NCBI GenBank assembly: GCA_013265495.1
Contig: MU059523.1
Span: 1,533,761-1,597,760 of the forward strand
Direction: 5' to 3'
DNA from: Vicugna vicugna
Taxonomy: Eukaryota
DNA: 64,000 bases
The stretch's first letter is position 1. The number at the start of each line of letters is the position of its first letter. Below are positions 1 to 12,898 of this stretch, one piece after another. The notes under the pieces are model-generated. The model did no database searches. It worked only from the letters and a program-made list of their open reading frames with translations, and was not told the origin of the DNA. The translations under genes and the position numbers were made by a program.

Positions 1-1680
1 CACATATAACACCCGAGTGTCTTCCGTGAGTCTAGAGTAATTTCTTTCTTTACCAAGACTCTTCCCCAATGCTGTTGCAGGAACATTTCCCTTTCTGTCA
101 TCTGCCATTCCCCATTTTCTCATTACCCCCTGTAGTTTTTTTTTAAATACTATCCACTGCAGAATGACTTACAATTTGGCTACTCTGGATCCCAGAACCA
201 AAATTCTCATGGCTCTTACCAAGTTCTCACTACTCAGATTTCACATAAGAGGGCTTTCAGGCAGGGGTGGGATTGCCTGAAAGCAACTAAGTGATAATAA
301 GTATAAACATCTATGTATCTACCTTTCTCTATATTCCTGTTTATATTCCAGAGATTAGCTTCCTTTAAGAACAACAGCAGTTTGTTCCTCCTACTTTTTT
401 TTATTCTGTTGTGACCTCCAGATCTTATTGCCCCCTTAGAACACCAAGCATATTTATTTTATTTGGCTAGTAGTTTTGTTTTCTAAATTACCCTTCTACT
501 TCTATGCAGCTAATATATATTAAACATCCATCATGTTTAAGACACTTTATTGAGTGCAGAATAAATACTCTTGGAGGATTAGGAAAAGTCAGAGAGCAGG
601 TTTAGCAGGGAAGGTCTTAAGGCCAACTGAACAGTCTGAGGTCTGTAAACACGAGGGAAGTAGCAAAGGTTTTTGAGCTGGGGATGGACAAAAGCTGAGC
701 TGGGCTTTCTGAAGACACATTGAACGTCAGGATGGACATGAAGCTGAAAGGAAGAAAGAGTGGAGGCAAGGTGACAATTATTGTAAGGAAAGTTTGTTTT
801 TTAAGTAATTACTGGCTATGTGGAAATATAAAAGATGCTTCTAATTCTAGGTCATGGATGTGCTCATTGACCTGCAGTGGGATTTTGTTGACATTCCAAA
901 CCAAATATTCCCTTTCCTGAGACTTTGTACTGTGTGTCCCAACCTGGAGCAAATACAGATCAGAGGGATGAATGTCTAAGCACACAGATCTGGGTTAAGA
1001 AAAAAGAATCATTACCCAAAAGTATTTACTCTGGGGAAACAGGCTCCCTTTTATGGGGGACGAGAATTTCACTGTTGACAGAGTTGTGTTTCACCTAATG
1101 TGAAATACCTAGGAAGGAAGAGGACTGCGTTACATGTGGCAGGAGAAAAATGATAATAAATAGAGAAGTAAGGTGGCTATTGCCCCCATCTACACAGAAC
1201 CCTGCCTACAATATCGTTGTGAAGTCACCGTTAGGTTTCGTCGAATATAATGGACTTGTTGAATATTAGCCATTATTAAGAAGTTATCGACTCTGCTCAC
1301 GTCTCCTTTTGAGAAGGTGAGCCTCGCTCAGATAAAGGTCAAGTCCATATGCTTAAATTGTATGTAACTTTTGGTGATTCCAACAGATGCCTCAGTAAAA
1401 CGTTTACTTTTCCCATCACTAGCTTGCTAGCTTCTCGTTACAACGCAGTGATACTTTTCAGTATAAATCAACAAAGGGAGAAAGGAAGCGAAGATGGTTG
1501 TGTTGTAAATAAACCTTGGAGTTTTGAGGTTAGGAATTCAACAAAATGCACTTGGGTGTTTCCTAAGGCCATGTTGCCCGAGCTATAGCTTGTGCTTTGT
1601 GATTTGATTCACTTTTGCTATTTTCTCAGATCATTGATTGCAAGTTACGTCTTCAGTTTGCATTTTATAAGAACTTGTAA

Positions 1681-1968
<288 letters not shown>

Positions 1969-3504
1969 AGTATCTATTGCAGGATGGTGTCTCCTCCTTT
2001 CTTTGAACAGGGAAAATAGGCAGGAAGCCCAATTGCTGGAGAGCTCAGCTATTTTTATTCTTGGTTTTCCCTTGCCTTCTTTCTACAAGTATATTAGAGA
2101 ACCATTTGAGAGAGAAAACTTTGAAGTCTTGTTTTTTTTAAAGGACTAAGAAAGCTTTTATCACTGATATACCCTTAAAAGCCTAAGTTGATGGCCTTTT
2201 GTAATTTTAGGAGAGTAAGCCTGTAATTTCAGGATATCTTGAAGAGCAAGATTTGAGCCACCTCTTCCAAGTGCCCTTCTTATTAAATCTATTAAGAATC
2301 AAGCTTCAAAATCACCACCAGCAAATCATTTTCATAGCCTATATGGCAGCTGAGCTTTCTTCTATTTAATTTGTCAGTACTGCTTTCTAAGACATAGATT
2401 TGCAAGAATAATAAGCTATTTGTATTATAAGCTGAACAGAGTGAGACTCATAGAGTAGATTGAGGCAGTCTCTCCTGAGGATTGAAAGAAAAATGCTTTG
2501 AAAGAAATTTCAGCTTTGCCTTTAGATTTGAAAATAGGTTGATGGAAACAAATAGCCCTGAGCAATTCACCTTAAAACCTAAGTTTAAAAAAAGCAAACA
2601 ACCAGCCAACCAGAGGTAGAGAGTTGGTAGAGAATTTGAAGGCTCAGGAGGCAACTTTCTATGACAGGTTAACCTGAATGATCCTCCAACGCACGTGAAT
2701 GAAGTCTCCTTTATGTACTGTGTTCCCAGGATTCTCAATCAGCTGAGGAAATTTAATTGTGGACTTCTGACTTTATGATCAAATTATGTTAATGTGTGTT
2801 CTTTAGCTTTTAAAATGACTTGCTTTGTTTTAGAAAGGTGGTAGTGACCGGTCAGTCTCTAATTCTTGAAATGTTGGATGGAAGGCTGAACTGAGGTTGC
2901 CTGCCATGTTCCTTTTTCGCTGAGGTTCTTGAAGTTATTTTTATATTACTCTGGAATCAAGTATTTTAAATTGTCCTTTTTTTTCCTTCTTAATGGTCTC
3001 CCACAATGATGGTTTGAAACTACCCATTTTATAAGGTTGCTGGACGTTGAGTTCCCTAAGAGGAACCGCATGTTCCTTTCTGTCAGAAACACACACTAGA
3101 AGTAGGTGTATGTCCCACACAGTTTCAGAGCAAGTAAGCACAACTTGCACCTACATAAAAGTGAAGACTCAGGTGTTGAACCTTTTGCTAACATCAGTGA
3201 TTTTTTTAATGATACATAGAAGCAACAGGATTAAATTCTACTTAAAAAAACATAAAACACTAATTTCTTTTTTAAATTGAGGACCTCTCGTATGTTCAAA
3301 ATGGAACAAAAGCCAGAACTCATCCTTTCGATTAACATTGCTTAAGTCAGATTTTTCAAATGTTAGAAACAGTGGTATGAAGTGCCCTGATCTGTTCAGG
3401 CCTAAGGGAGAAAATTTTCAAGTAGTGTGCTACAGGGAATGATTAGGTTTCAATTTCGTAGTAGTTAAAAAGTGCTAAATACTACTTGAAATTATTGTTT
3501 ACAG

Positions 3505-3564
3505 ATTAGTGACAAGGGCTGGAGACAGGCTCCGGTTGGACTCTGACTTCCGGATGCCCTCAGA
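3505..3564 (+). CDS. SKP2: Start of SKP2 alternative terminal exon (SKP2B/isoform-2-like); truncated by N-gap and frameshifted relative to human
   Basis: Acceptor ttgtttacag|A has the same phase as the canonical exon. Reads LVTRAGDRLRLDSDF, versus recalled human isoform 2 LVTRAGVRIRLDSDIGCPQ. Confidence 0.75.
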
Positions 3565-3693
3565 NNNNNNNNNNNNNNNNNNNNNNNNNNNNNNNNNNNN
3601 NNNNNNNNNNNNNNNNNNNNNNNNNNNNNNNNNNNNNNNNNNNNNNNNNNNNNNNNNNNNNNNNNNNNNNNNNNNNNNNNNNNNNNNNNNNNN
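3565..3693. other. Sequence gap (129 N)
   Basis: Run of N in the sequence. Confidence 1.
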
Positions 3694-3986
3694 GAGTACT
3701 TCAGCTAAGTTGTATTCCTTTCTTTCTCTTTTTTTCCTTGAGTACTGTGGTTAAAATTAGCATTTGGTGGGGTGTGTGATTTGTCTCAGCCCTCTGAAAA
3801 AGGCCCTTCAAAACAAGCCCTGACCTGGTCCTTTTTGCCCCATCTACTTCGTGTGCTTGTTGTCAAATTAAAATGTCTGTAATACTGTGACAAGGGGCTA
3901 AATACAGGCTTGTTGTGGTTAAAGTGCTTCTCAAAGAAATGACATTTATAAAACATTTAAGTGATAAATGATTGTTAAGTACCGTC

Positions 3987-3992
3987 AATAAA
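3987..3992 (+). terminator. Candidate distal polyadenylation signal of SKP2
   Basis: AATAAA in gtaccgtcAATAAAagttagc, about 2 kb after the stop, followed by T-rich sequence. Confidence 0.55.
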
Positions 3993-4199
3993 AGTTAGCT
4001 AGTAGCACTTTTTAAATACAAACTTGATCAGCTTATAATTGTGTATTTTAATCTCATTAAGAAACTATTTGGATGGCTTCCTAATACCCTGCATCCAGAG
4101 CTCTTCCAGGAACTCAATTCCTTTAGATCTCATCCATTCAAATGGTAGAACAGTGGCCCAGTTCTTTGCTTCTTTTTTTATATTATCACTGCTATGCTT

Positions 4200-5040
4200 C
4201 CTTTTTTGTTTTTAATTATGAAAAATGTCAAATGCAAAAGGTAGAGAAGAGGATGAACCTCATTACCCACTTTCAACAGTCATTAACTCATGGCCAGCCT
4301 CGTCTCATCCATCTCCCATCCCCCTGCCCCTCCATCACACATTTTGAAGTAAAACCCAGAATTATGACTTAATAAATAGTTCAGTATATACCTTTAAGAG
4401 ATATTTTCCTAAATTAATTCTGAAACATTAAATATCAAGATGGTGTTGGAAATTCCACAGCTGTCGAAAGTGTTTTATTGCATGGATTTGTTTCGATCAG
4501 GCTCCAAACATTGTTCATACGTTGCATTTGCTTGATACGGACATTTTCTTAAGTTTCTTAATCTTTGGGTTCCCCTTCTTTATTATCCTTACAACTTATT
4601 TGTTGAAGAAACTACGTTGTTTGTCCAGTGTTCCACATTCTGGGTTTTGCTGATGTGATCGATCCCTGGAGTATTGTTTAACATGTTAATCTGTCCCCTA
4701 TTTCCATAAACTGGTAGTTGGTTCCAGCAGCAGAAAGTTCCTAACCAAGAGTGATTTTGCCACCCAAGAGACACTTGGGAACATCTGAAAACAGTTTTGG
4801 TTGTCACAGGTGGAGAGGTGCCACTGGCATCTAGCAGGTAGACTAAGGATGCTGCTGACCATCCAGGACAGCTCCCCACAACAAAGAATTATCTGGTCCC
4901 AAACCTCAATAGTGCCAGTGTTGAACCCTGATCTAGAGGCTTATCCTATCAAGTTTTGTTTTGTTTGGTTTCACAGGGTGATACTTGATAGATAGTATTA
5001 TGTCCTTCCTTCAAGAAGTGCATAACATCTGGCTGTCATT
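4200..5040 (-). mobile_element. Old L1 (L1MC/L1ME-like) 3' fragment, interrupted by MER20
   Basis: Diverged antisense L1 3'-end-like phrases (ttgttgaagaaactacgttgtttgtcc, ccacattctgggttttgctgat). Boundaries approximate. Confidence 0.45.
4731..4930 (+). mobile_element. MER20 (hAT-Charlie DNA transposon fossil)
   Basis: Matches the MER20 pattern: gattttgcc...ttttggttgtcaca...ctggcatctag...ggatgctgct...ccccacaacaaagaattatctgg...tcaatagtgcc...aaccctg. Confidence 0.85.
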
Positions 5041-6329
5041 CTTTTTATGATGTTAACATCTACCTCTGGTCCTTGGGTCCTCCCTCTCCTATACCCTAGC
5101 CACAAGTTCCCAAGATATGAAGCCAAATGCAGAATTTTTATTTCTGTACAAAGTGATGCATTCCTTCTATCCTGGTGAACTCAATCACAATCCAGCATTT
5201 ACTAATGATCTGCAGTGTGGATAATGTGTTTGAACGACGGCAGGGGAAGGTGCTGACCATAAGGAATGGCACTGAGTAGTGTCCAGGAAAACTAGAAGAA
5301 CACCATTCCACAGGATACCCTAGCCTTGGAACAAACAAGAAGGCAACCTCCTTCGTTATCACTCCTTTCCCATCCCCACCTAGCCAGGTATCCCGGGAAG
5401 TCAAAAAGCTCTCATCACCAAGGGACCAACGCCTCACAAAACAGGTTGAAGTGCTAAAGCCCATACTAATCTCCCTTTATGGATTTGTTTTGCTTTAATA
5501 TTTATTTTTACTTTTTAGTGAATCCAAATGTCAAAATGCTGATTTTTTGGTATTTCTTAAAGTAGGTATCTAACTTGCACATTTGAGCATTAAAATCAGT
5601 GTATTTTCAGGTCTTCAGATGGCAGGGGCTGTGACTGATGAAAGACAATAAAGCAGACTTTTTCCATAGCTATACATTTTTAAATTAATAGGCACACTGG
5701 AGTGTGTCATATCCCAACCATTACCATGCATTTATATTGGCTTTTAAACAAAAACTAGCACATAGTCATTTATATTGGCTTTTAAAATTCCTTTTCACTC
5801 AAAACTATTGATTTACTACTCGGGATAACTGCAGGTTCATTTGCAGTGGTTTGCTCCATGAGCCAGAAAGCAGAAAGGTAGGACTTTGACAATAATACAT
5901 TCATCCAAAACTACAGGCGAAGTGGATAATCCACAGCAACCCATTTAAACGACTAGTGAAAATATTTGAAAGAATGGTTTTGTGAAGAATCATTCCATCA
6001 ACAAATGATGTTTTGAAGCAAAGATCTGAGGCAGAAGATAGCTGTGTAATAAAACTTAATTACCAAAGGTATTTTAAATAGATCATTTTCTTGTGAAAGC
6101 CAAGAAGAACCTGACAAATTGTTCAAGCTCTCTTCAATCATTTAAAGAAAATAAGTGTAGGGGAAAAAAACAAAAGTTGCAGTTGGGGGAAATGTATTTA
6201 AAAGAACAGTTTGTAAAAAAAACCTGTTTCTCAAATACTGTCCTACTAACTTCAACTATCCAAACATCAGAAACTGCCCCCTCCACCCCCCGACAGACTC
6301 CCTGAGAATGTTTCAGCATAGTAAAACCA

Positions 6330-9300
6330 CCATTTATTATTGTAATAGGCAATTTCTTCTCTAGCTATGCCAGTTTTGAAGTATTCATTGTGAGAAGTTA
6401 CAAATCAGAATTCAACCCCTACTCCCAGTGAACTAACAATCTGATATAAAAAGCTGTGTATCTCTTCAACAGTCTTTTCAGGATCTCAAAAATCTGAATT
6501 TTTGCTTTTAATTGTTGATGTTTGATTTTTGAAAAGAGAAGACAAAATTAGTTATAATCCATGCCTTTGCTATCCTATAAAACATTCAAATTAACACAAC
6601 ATTCTTTTCTGTTTTTTTTTTCTTTTGACTTCATGTTTAGTCAGTAATTTTCTTAAAAATCTATCACAAAATGAAGCTCATGACACTTTAAAAAAATACT
6701 CTTCATGCTTTCCTTCATGTAGAAAACTTAATAAGCCTTCTTATTGACTTACACTCTAATACTTTCATGGTTATTTTTAATGTTAAAGAATAAGTTGCAC
6801 TTGAAATAATTCCTCTTTGTGGTTCAGCAGTTCATCAGCATGTTTACTCTTACCCTCCCCCTTATATTTTAAATTATATATATAATATTTTCACTATATC
6901 ATTTACATATCATGTTATGCCTGGGATCTTTTTTGCACAACTGTCTTGGTAGATAACTATCCTTAAGTATAATGATGCACATACTATATTGGCACAATGA
7001 ATTAGTGATTTAAATTCTAAATTTACATCATTGTTTTCACAGCAGAGCAATAGATAATCCTTAAATTTATATTGGACAACTTTTTCAACTCAAGTATTTT
7101 TCAATAAAATTTGTGTTAATGGTTCTTTGTATTTTATTCTTTTTTTATATTTAAAAAATGAATTCAATGGAAATTCTTTATACTCAAAGGCTATATATAT
7201 TTAGCAAAACATGTAACATGATCTGATTTACTGAGGCCATTAATATAAATACATATGGAGCATCAAAAATATTAACTCAAAATTATCTGAGGAGTCTATC
7301 TCCATTTGCCACGTAAGCACTGTGTCACATATTAGCAGTGAATGAAGTCAGCAGGGCACAGAATACATAGCAGTGGGGAAAAAGGCCTGCTTGAAACAAC
7401 TTGGGGGAAATCTGGTTTTCAAATGACCCATAATATGAGCTAAAGGAATAAATGAAGTAAAAAAGAAAAGATAAGAGTAGTTTCATTTTATTCACACATA
7501 ATTGCCATTAAAAGATTAACTCATTCATGAAAAACATTTTTGCTATTCTAACATCCTTTGCCTCTCATCGTCTCTTACAAATAAAACCCTACCACCGAGC
7601 AGAAATGTTAGAAGTTATATCACAAATGGAGCACATTAAGTATTTTTAAAACCTTTAAAATATGGCTTATGAACAATTTTACACAGCAGGTTACCTATTA
7701 ATATGTTACATATTAATAGATCTATGGTACCATTTTGGATAATCAAATTTTCTTGATATTAAAGATGGAGCTGGAATTTTTGTCAAAAAGGTATTTTAAA
7801 CCTGTTAGGGAGGTTTTATAGTGTGGAATTTTACTTCTTTATCAAGTGGCATCTTAAGTATATCATTTTTAAATCAAACCAGAAACTAGATCCATCTCTG
7901 GGAAAACACTAATTTTTACTGTATGCATCCTGTAAACTCCTTGCTGTGAGTGTCTATGCAGATACTCTAAACTAAGAAAAGGAAAACAGATTCTTGTTCT
8001 GGATATACATCAAAACCTAAATTACCCTTGTATAGTAACATTTATATAAAAATGTTGAATTTGACAAAAACATGATAAATGCTGCCAGAACTAAGAGCAC
8101 TCAATTTGATGATACATTCTAGCTTTCAAAGAATTTATGTCTGAGCTCACTAGACTCAAGTTCTATCAGACAGAGTCTGTTTACTTTACCAGTGTATATC
8201 CAGCACCTGTCACAGTACATGGCACAGAGTGGGTGTTCAATAAATATGTCAATGACTCAAGAAAAATTCTAGCAGCAAGTAAAAACAAAACCAATAAAAC
8301 TTTGAATAATTGGAATGAGAATACCAACTGTCTCATGATACTGCAAGAGGTGCTTTCTGTGATAATTCTAGGGTTACTTATAAGTAGATCAGGAATTAGG
8401 TACAGAAACTGTCATAATAGAGAAAAAAGAAAAGCCGTAACATTTTATCTTCCAAAGCTAAAATGTAAAACTTGGAATATGAGCTAGGTGAAACCTACCA
8501 TGATATTAAGTAAGGCAATTCCAAAACTAATATGTTTCGCATATTTATTAAGTAATCCATTTTCTGACAATACTCCTAACACTAGGCAAAAATCTTTTTC
8601 AAAGGTTTTACCAAACTCCTAATAGAATATGTCTAATCAGTTCAGCCTTTGAATCTTTGAATCCATGTTACAGAGTTTTAAATATGGAAGAACTTTATTA
8701 GACTCAAACCATTTTTAAAAAATTACCTAAGACCTAATATAGTTGTTGGATAATTAAAACATCCCTTAACAGTGTCATGATTTTGTCCAGATATATTTCA
8801 CCCAGCATTGTCAAAATTAACCTGACAGTCAATTAAATGAAAACAGCTATAAATAATTTCAAAAATGATTGCTTTAAGTTTTAAAATCAATAGTCATCAC
8901 AATAGCATTGTGTCCTGAAATTAGAAAACTCCTAGCATATATAAAAACACATTTACCTACTTCAGTTAGGTCAATGTCAGGATTTATCAAAATTCTCCAT
9001 CATCAAAGTTTTTTAAAAATCTTGATTTTTAGATACTATAAAAAATACTAATTAAATATGTGTTTGGTCTGACCAATTCCACAAAGTTAGGGGGGAAAGT
9101 AAGGGGAAAAAAAACTTGTACAGTTAAATTTCAAATCCTGAACATTAATCCTTTATTGGAGCCTACCTCTCTAAATTTAAAAAGATACCAGCACTCTTGG
9201 AAACCAAGTATGAGCAATATAGAAATTTCACTGGTATGAATTCTAATCAGTTTAGTCCATCCATTTTCTTACACAGTGAACATCTTTTCCAACAGAAGAA

Positions 9301-9444
9301 TAATGCAAATCTCACTTTCTTGGTCACCTTTGAGCCCAAGGCCAACCAGTCTCGACAATAACCAAAAAATGTAGCTTTGTGACCGGCAGTCTGTTTTTGC
9401 AGTAAAACTTTTTCCGGTAGTTATCTGTCATCTGAGGAAACCCT
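6330..9444 (-). other. NADK2: NADK2 3' UTR (distal end uncertain)
   Basis: Follows the TGA at 9445-9447. Minus-strand AATAAA candidates at 7133-7138 and 6333-6338. The true end cannot be determined from sequence alone. Confidence 0.4.
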
Positions 9445-9583
9445 TCACTGTTCTAGAAGCACAGTTCGAAGCTCATCTTCTTTATTGATCAACATTGAAG
9501 CAATTGCTCCATCATTAAACTCAAAAGAAGTTCCTCCATCCACAACCATGCAGGCATCCCAACAACGAGAACGGACACAAACC
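9445..9583 (-). CDS. NADK2: NADK2 exon 12 (last coding)
   Basis: ctgctcag|G GTT TGT: (K)VCVRSRCWDACMVVDGGTSFEFNDGAIASMLINKEDELRTVLLEQ*. 139 nt. Confidence 0.98.
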
Positions 9584-9929
9584 CTGAGCAGAAAGAAACA
9601 TCTTTCAACATTAAATATCAACAGTTTTCTTACCCCTAAATTATAGTTTCTTTAAAACACTTAATTTTTATCTAAACTAGCAGATAGATCATTTGGCCTT
9701 GATATTAAAAAATCAAAGTTGCTCTTTGGTATGAGACAATTAGTGACTATGTGATTACATGGATACATTATCAAAACAATTTCAAAATTTAAATGTTCAG
9801 GATAGCTCCATTCACCCAAACATTTATCAGGGAACAAGTTCAGATCTGATGGAACTCATATGCTTTTTTTGAATGTTATTACCATTACAATTATTTTAGG
9901 TATTGAGCAAGGATGTAACCTATCTTTTT

Positions 9930-11180
9930 GTGAAAATTTTACTTATATGTAACATACAGAAAAGGTACAAATTATGAGGGTACAACACGATAATCAAACA
10001 TACACACATAATCACCCCCCAAATTAGGAATCAAATGTTACCTAGTTCCCCAGAAGCTCTCTTAATGCTCTTACTCCAATCCCCAGTCACTACCCCGGCC
10101 CCACTTTCCCAAGCATATCCACTATCCTAACTTCAATCACCACAGCAGTAATAGCTTTGTGTATTCTTCAACTTTATATAAATAGAAGAATACAATAGGT
10201 ATGCCTGTGTCTAGCTTCTTTTGCTTAAGATATTTATGAAATCACCCATGTTATTACATGTAGCAATACTGTGTTTACTTTCATTGCTGTATGAAAATAC
10301 TTGCACCATTTGAGAACACCAGGATTTAAGTCATCTCTTCTACTATTCATGGGCATTTGGGTTTCTACCTATTAGGAATGTTGCTACTGTGAATACGCTT
10401 GAGCATGTCTCTTGGTGCACACCTTTCTGTCAGTGTATCCATTCCTGTTGGATGTACATCTTGGAGTTACTGGGTCAATATGCCACATTCAGCTTTGGTA
10501 GGTAACTGCCAAACAATTTTCCAAACTATTCCTAACAGTTGTCTATAAAGTTCTAGTTGCTCCACTTATCATCAACTGGTATTTTAGCTATTCTGGGGGG
10601 TGTGTCTGATACCATATTATGTAGTTTTAATGTGCATTTCCCAGATGAATAGTAAGATCAAGAATATTTTGGGGGTGTTTTCCTAATCTGTAGCCTTCCT
10701 TTATTCCTTATATGAGGGTCTTTTTTTTTAATTTTGCATTTTTGTTTGTTTGTTTTTGGGGGTGGAGGTAATTAGGTTTGTTTGTTTGTTTACTTAATGT
10801 GAGGTACTGAGGCCCATGCCCTCCTGCAATGTAAGCACCGAGCTATATCCTCCCCTCAAGGATGTTTTTTCCATATACTTGTCAGCCATTTTGATACCCT
10901 CTTCTGTAAAATGCCTGTCCAAGACTTTTGACCATTTTTCTACTAGGTTGCCTGTCTTTTTCTTATTGAAAAATTTCTTGGACGAATTTTTATAATATAT
11001 TCTGGGTATGAATCATTGCTGGATACAAGTACTACAAGTATCTCACTCTGGCTTGCCTTTTTATTTTCTTAATGGTGTCTTGCTTTAACAAAAGTACTTA
11101 ATTCTAATGTAGTTCAATTTATCAATCTTGCTGCTAAGAGATATTTTCCAACTGCCAAGGTCATAAAGCTATTCTCCCAT
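9930..11180 (-). mobile_element. Old L1 (L1ME/L1MD-like) 3' portion
   Basis: Typical antisense L1M 3'-end text (ctttatataaatagaagaatacaat..., gccattttgataccctcttctgtaaaatgcctgtcc..., gttcaatttatcaatc). Interrupted by a SINE. Confidence 0.7.
10735..10858 (-). mobile_element. Degraded tRNA-derived SINE (camelid type)
   Basis: Minus strand reads gaggggaggatatagctcggtg...cagtacctc...aaacaaacaaacctaattacctccacccccaaaaacaaac, the same head and tail as the copies at 27018 and 31741. Confidence 0.7.
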
Positions 11181-11979
11181 TTATATGAGCAAACATTTAA
11201 ATGAATCTTTATAGACAGTCTCACCCAAACTGAGTATAGATTTGTTGATTAACCAAAATTAACTCTCAAATGCTAAAGCGATTTTTAAGTATGATGAGTT
11301 TCCTTTTTAGTGTCTCTCTTGGAAAAAATCAATTATGTATTTTCAAAACACACAGATGGACACTATAAGCAGCAATTTGTAATTAAACTGCTCTTTGCTT
11401 GCTATGAGATAGATGACATTTTTTCATAATTACAGGTTTTCCTGTTAGTTTGGAAAACTGGGTAACTCTTACAAAATAAGAAATTATAAACATTTTTGTA
11501 TATCCTCTTCTCAAAAAAGAAAATCTGAGGCAAATTCAATAGATGTGGGAAGGGGGGCTCATGTTAGGGAAAAGCTGAAAGAAATGACTTCCACTCTAAA
11601 GGGTTATTGCTATACAAGTTAGGCTTATATGCTTCTGTTCCACAGCATATTAAAAAAAGTTGCTTTCCAGTTTCCTTTATAATGATAATTTGATCTTGTT
11701 GTATCTTAATATATTTTTAAAAAATAAAAAAGCCCATATCACCCAATTAAATAACTAGATCCTTTCTATTCATTTAAATTTTAGTTTCTCTAAAATGGCA
11801 CAATAAGTTTTAAAGAAAATATCACTTTAGCCAGGTTAGCATGATACCTCATTAGCTCCACAGGTCCTACTTTTCCTTTTCCTTTGAATGAGTGAATTTA
11901 ATGAAATTACTTTAAAACCAAGTATGCTTTATAATTACAAGAGATGAAAACAATCACAAGTCGGTTTTTGGAAGCTTAC

Positions 11980-12103
11980 TTTGAGGTGAAACAGCGCTGA
12001 CGACTGCTTGAGAAAACTCTGTTTGCTATTGGTTCTCGAATACTGAAAAGTATTTTTGGTTCTTCTGGACTGTAAAGCAGTGATTCATTATATTCATTTG
12101 TTA
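11980..12103 (-). CDS. NADK2: NADK2 exon 11
   Basis: tttatag|TA ACA...TCA AA|gtaag. (V)TNEYNESLLYSPEEPKILFSIREPIANRVFSSSRQRCFTS(K). 124 nt. Confidence 0.98.
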
Positions 12104-12877
12104 CTATAAAAGAGAAAAGCAGAATATTAGCACCTTTAGTGAAAGACTTCTGAGTGTTTTACAATTCTGAGAAGGGTAAACGAAAGTGGATGCTATCGCC
12201 AACTTAAACGCAGCTCTATTCCAAAGGTCTGTTTGGCAGGAAGTTTCTTGGAACTCACAATACATTCCATTTAAAAAACTAAAAAACAAAACAAAACCCT
12301 TATAAGTAAGGAGTAGGTTTCAAGATTAGCCCACAGAAGCCTACATCAACCACAATATAGAAGAAATAGCTACATTGTGTGTAGGGGGGGAACTACAAAG
12401 ATAGTAATCAAATGAAAATAAAGAAACTAGTTTGAGGCACTCAAAAATGGAACTTGAGTTACCATATTCCCTTGCTAATAAGTTCCTTTCCAAAATATCA
12501 TGCCAAAGGGTTCCTAAATATAATTATAAATTAATAGTCTTGGTATAAAATGCAGTCTCAAACAATGACAGGCAGTATGCTTTCTCTAACGAAACTGCCA
12601 TTACTCAAGATATTTTTAGAAATCTTAGAAAGGGACCTGCTCTCTCTCTAACCAAGAGGCACACAAGAGTTGGCATGCAGAGTACAAAGTGGTTAAAGAC
12701 AACTTGCACAAAGAAATTGGGCTTGAAAGAGTGTTTAATTGACCACCACATTAAAAGTCATTTCTAGATTGTCACATAATCTACGTTATATACCCAAATT
12801 TCATTTGAATTATTTGGCTCTTAAATAAAAATATCTAACTCATTCTCAAAAATGAAAATTTGCCTCTCTGGGAACAC

Positions 12878-12898
12878 ACACACACACTCACACACACA
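12878..12898 (+). repeat. Short interrupted (CA)n microsatellite
   Basis: acacacacacacactcacacacac. Confidence 0.8.

Larger units (their letters stand above)
1969..4010 (+). other. SKP2: SKP2 3' UTR (end approximate)
   Basis: Follows the stop codon. ATTAAA at 2282-2287 and AATAAA at 3987-3992. The cleavage site is inferred, not observed. Confidence 0.6.

Noticed and set aside
5138-5464. 108-aa minus-strand ORF between SKP2 and NADK2
   Set aside because: No recognisable homology, domain or splice context. The length is within chance expectation for a 64-kb six-frame scan.
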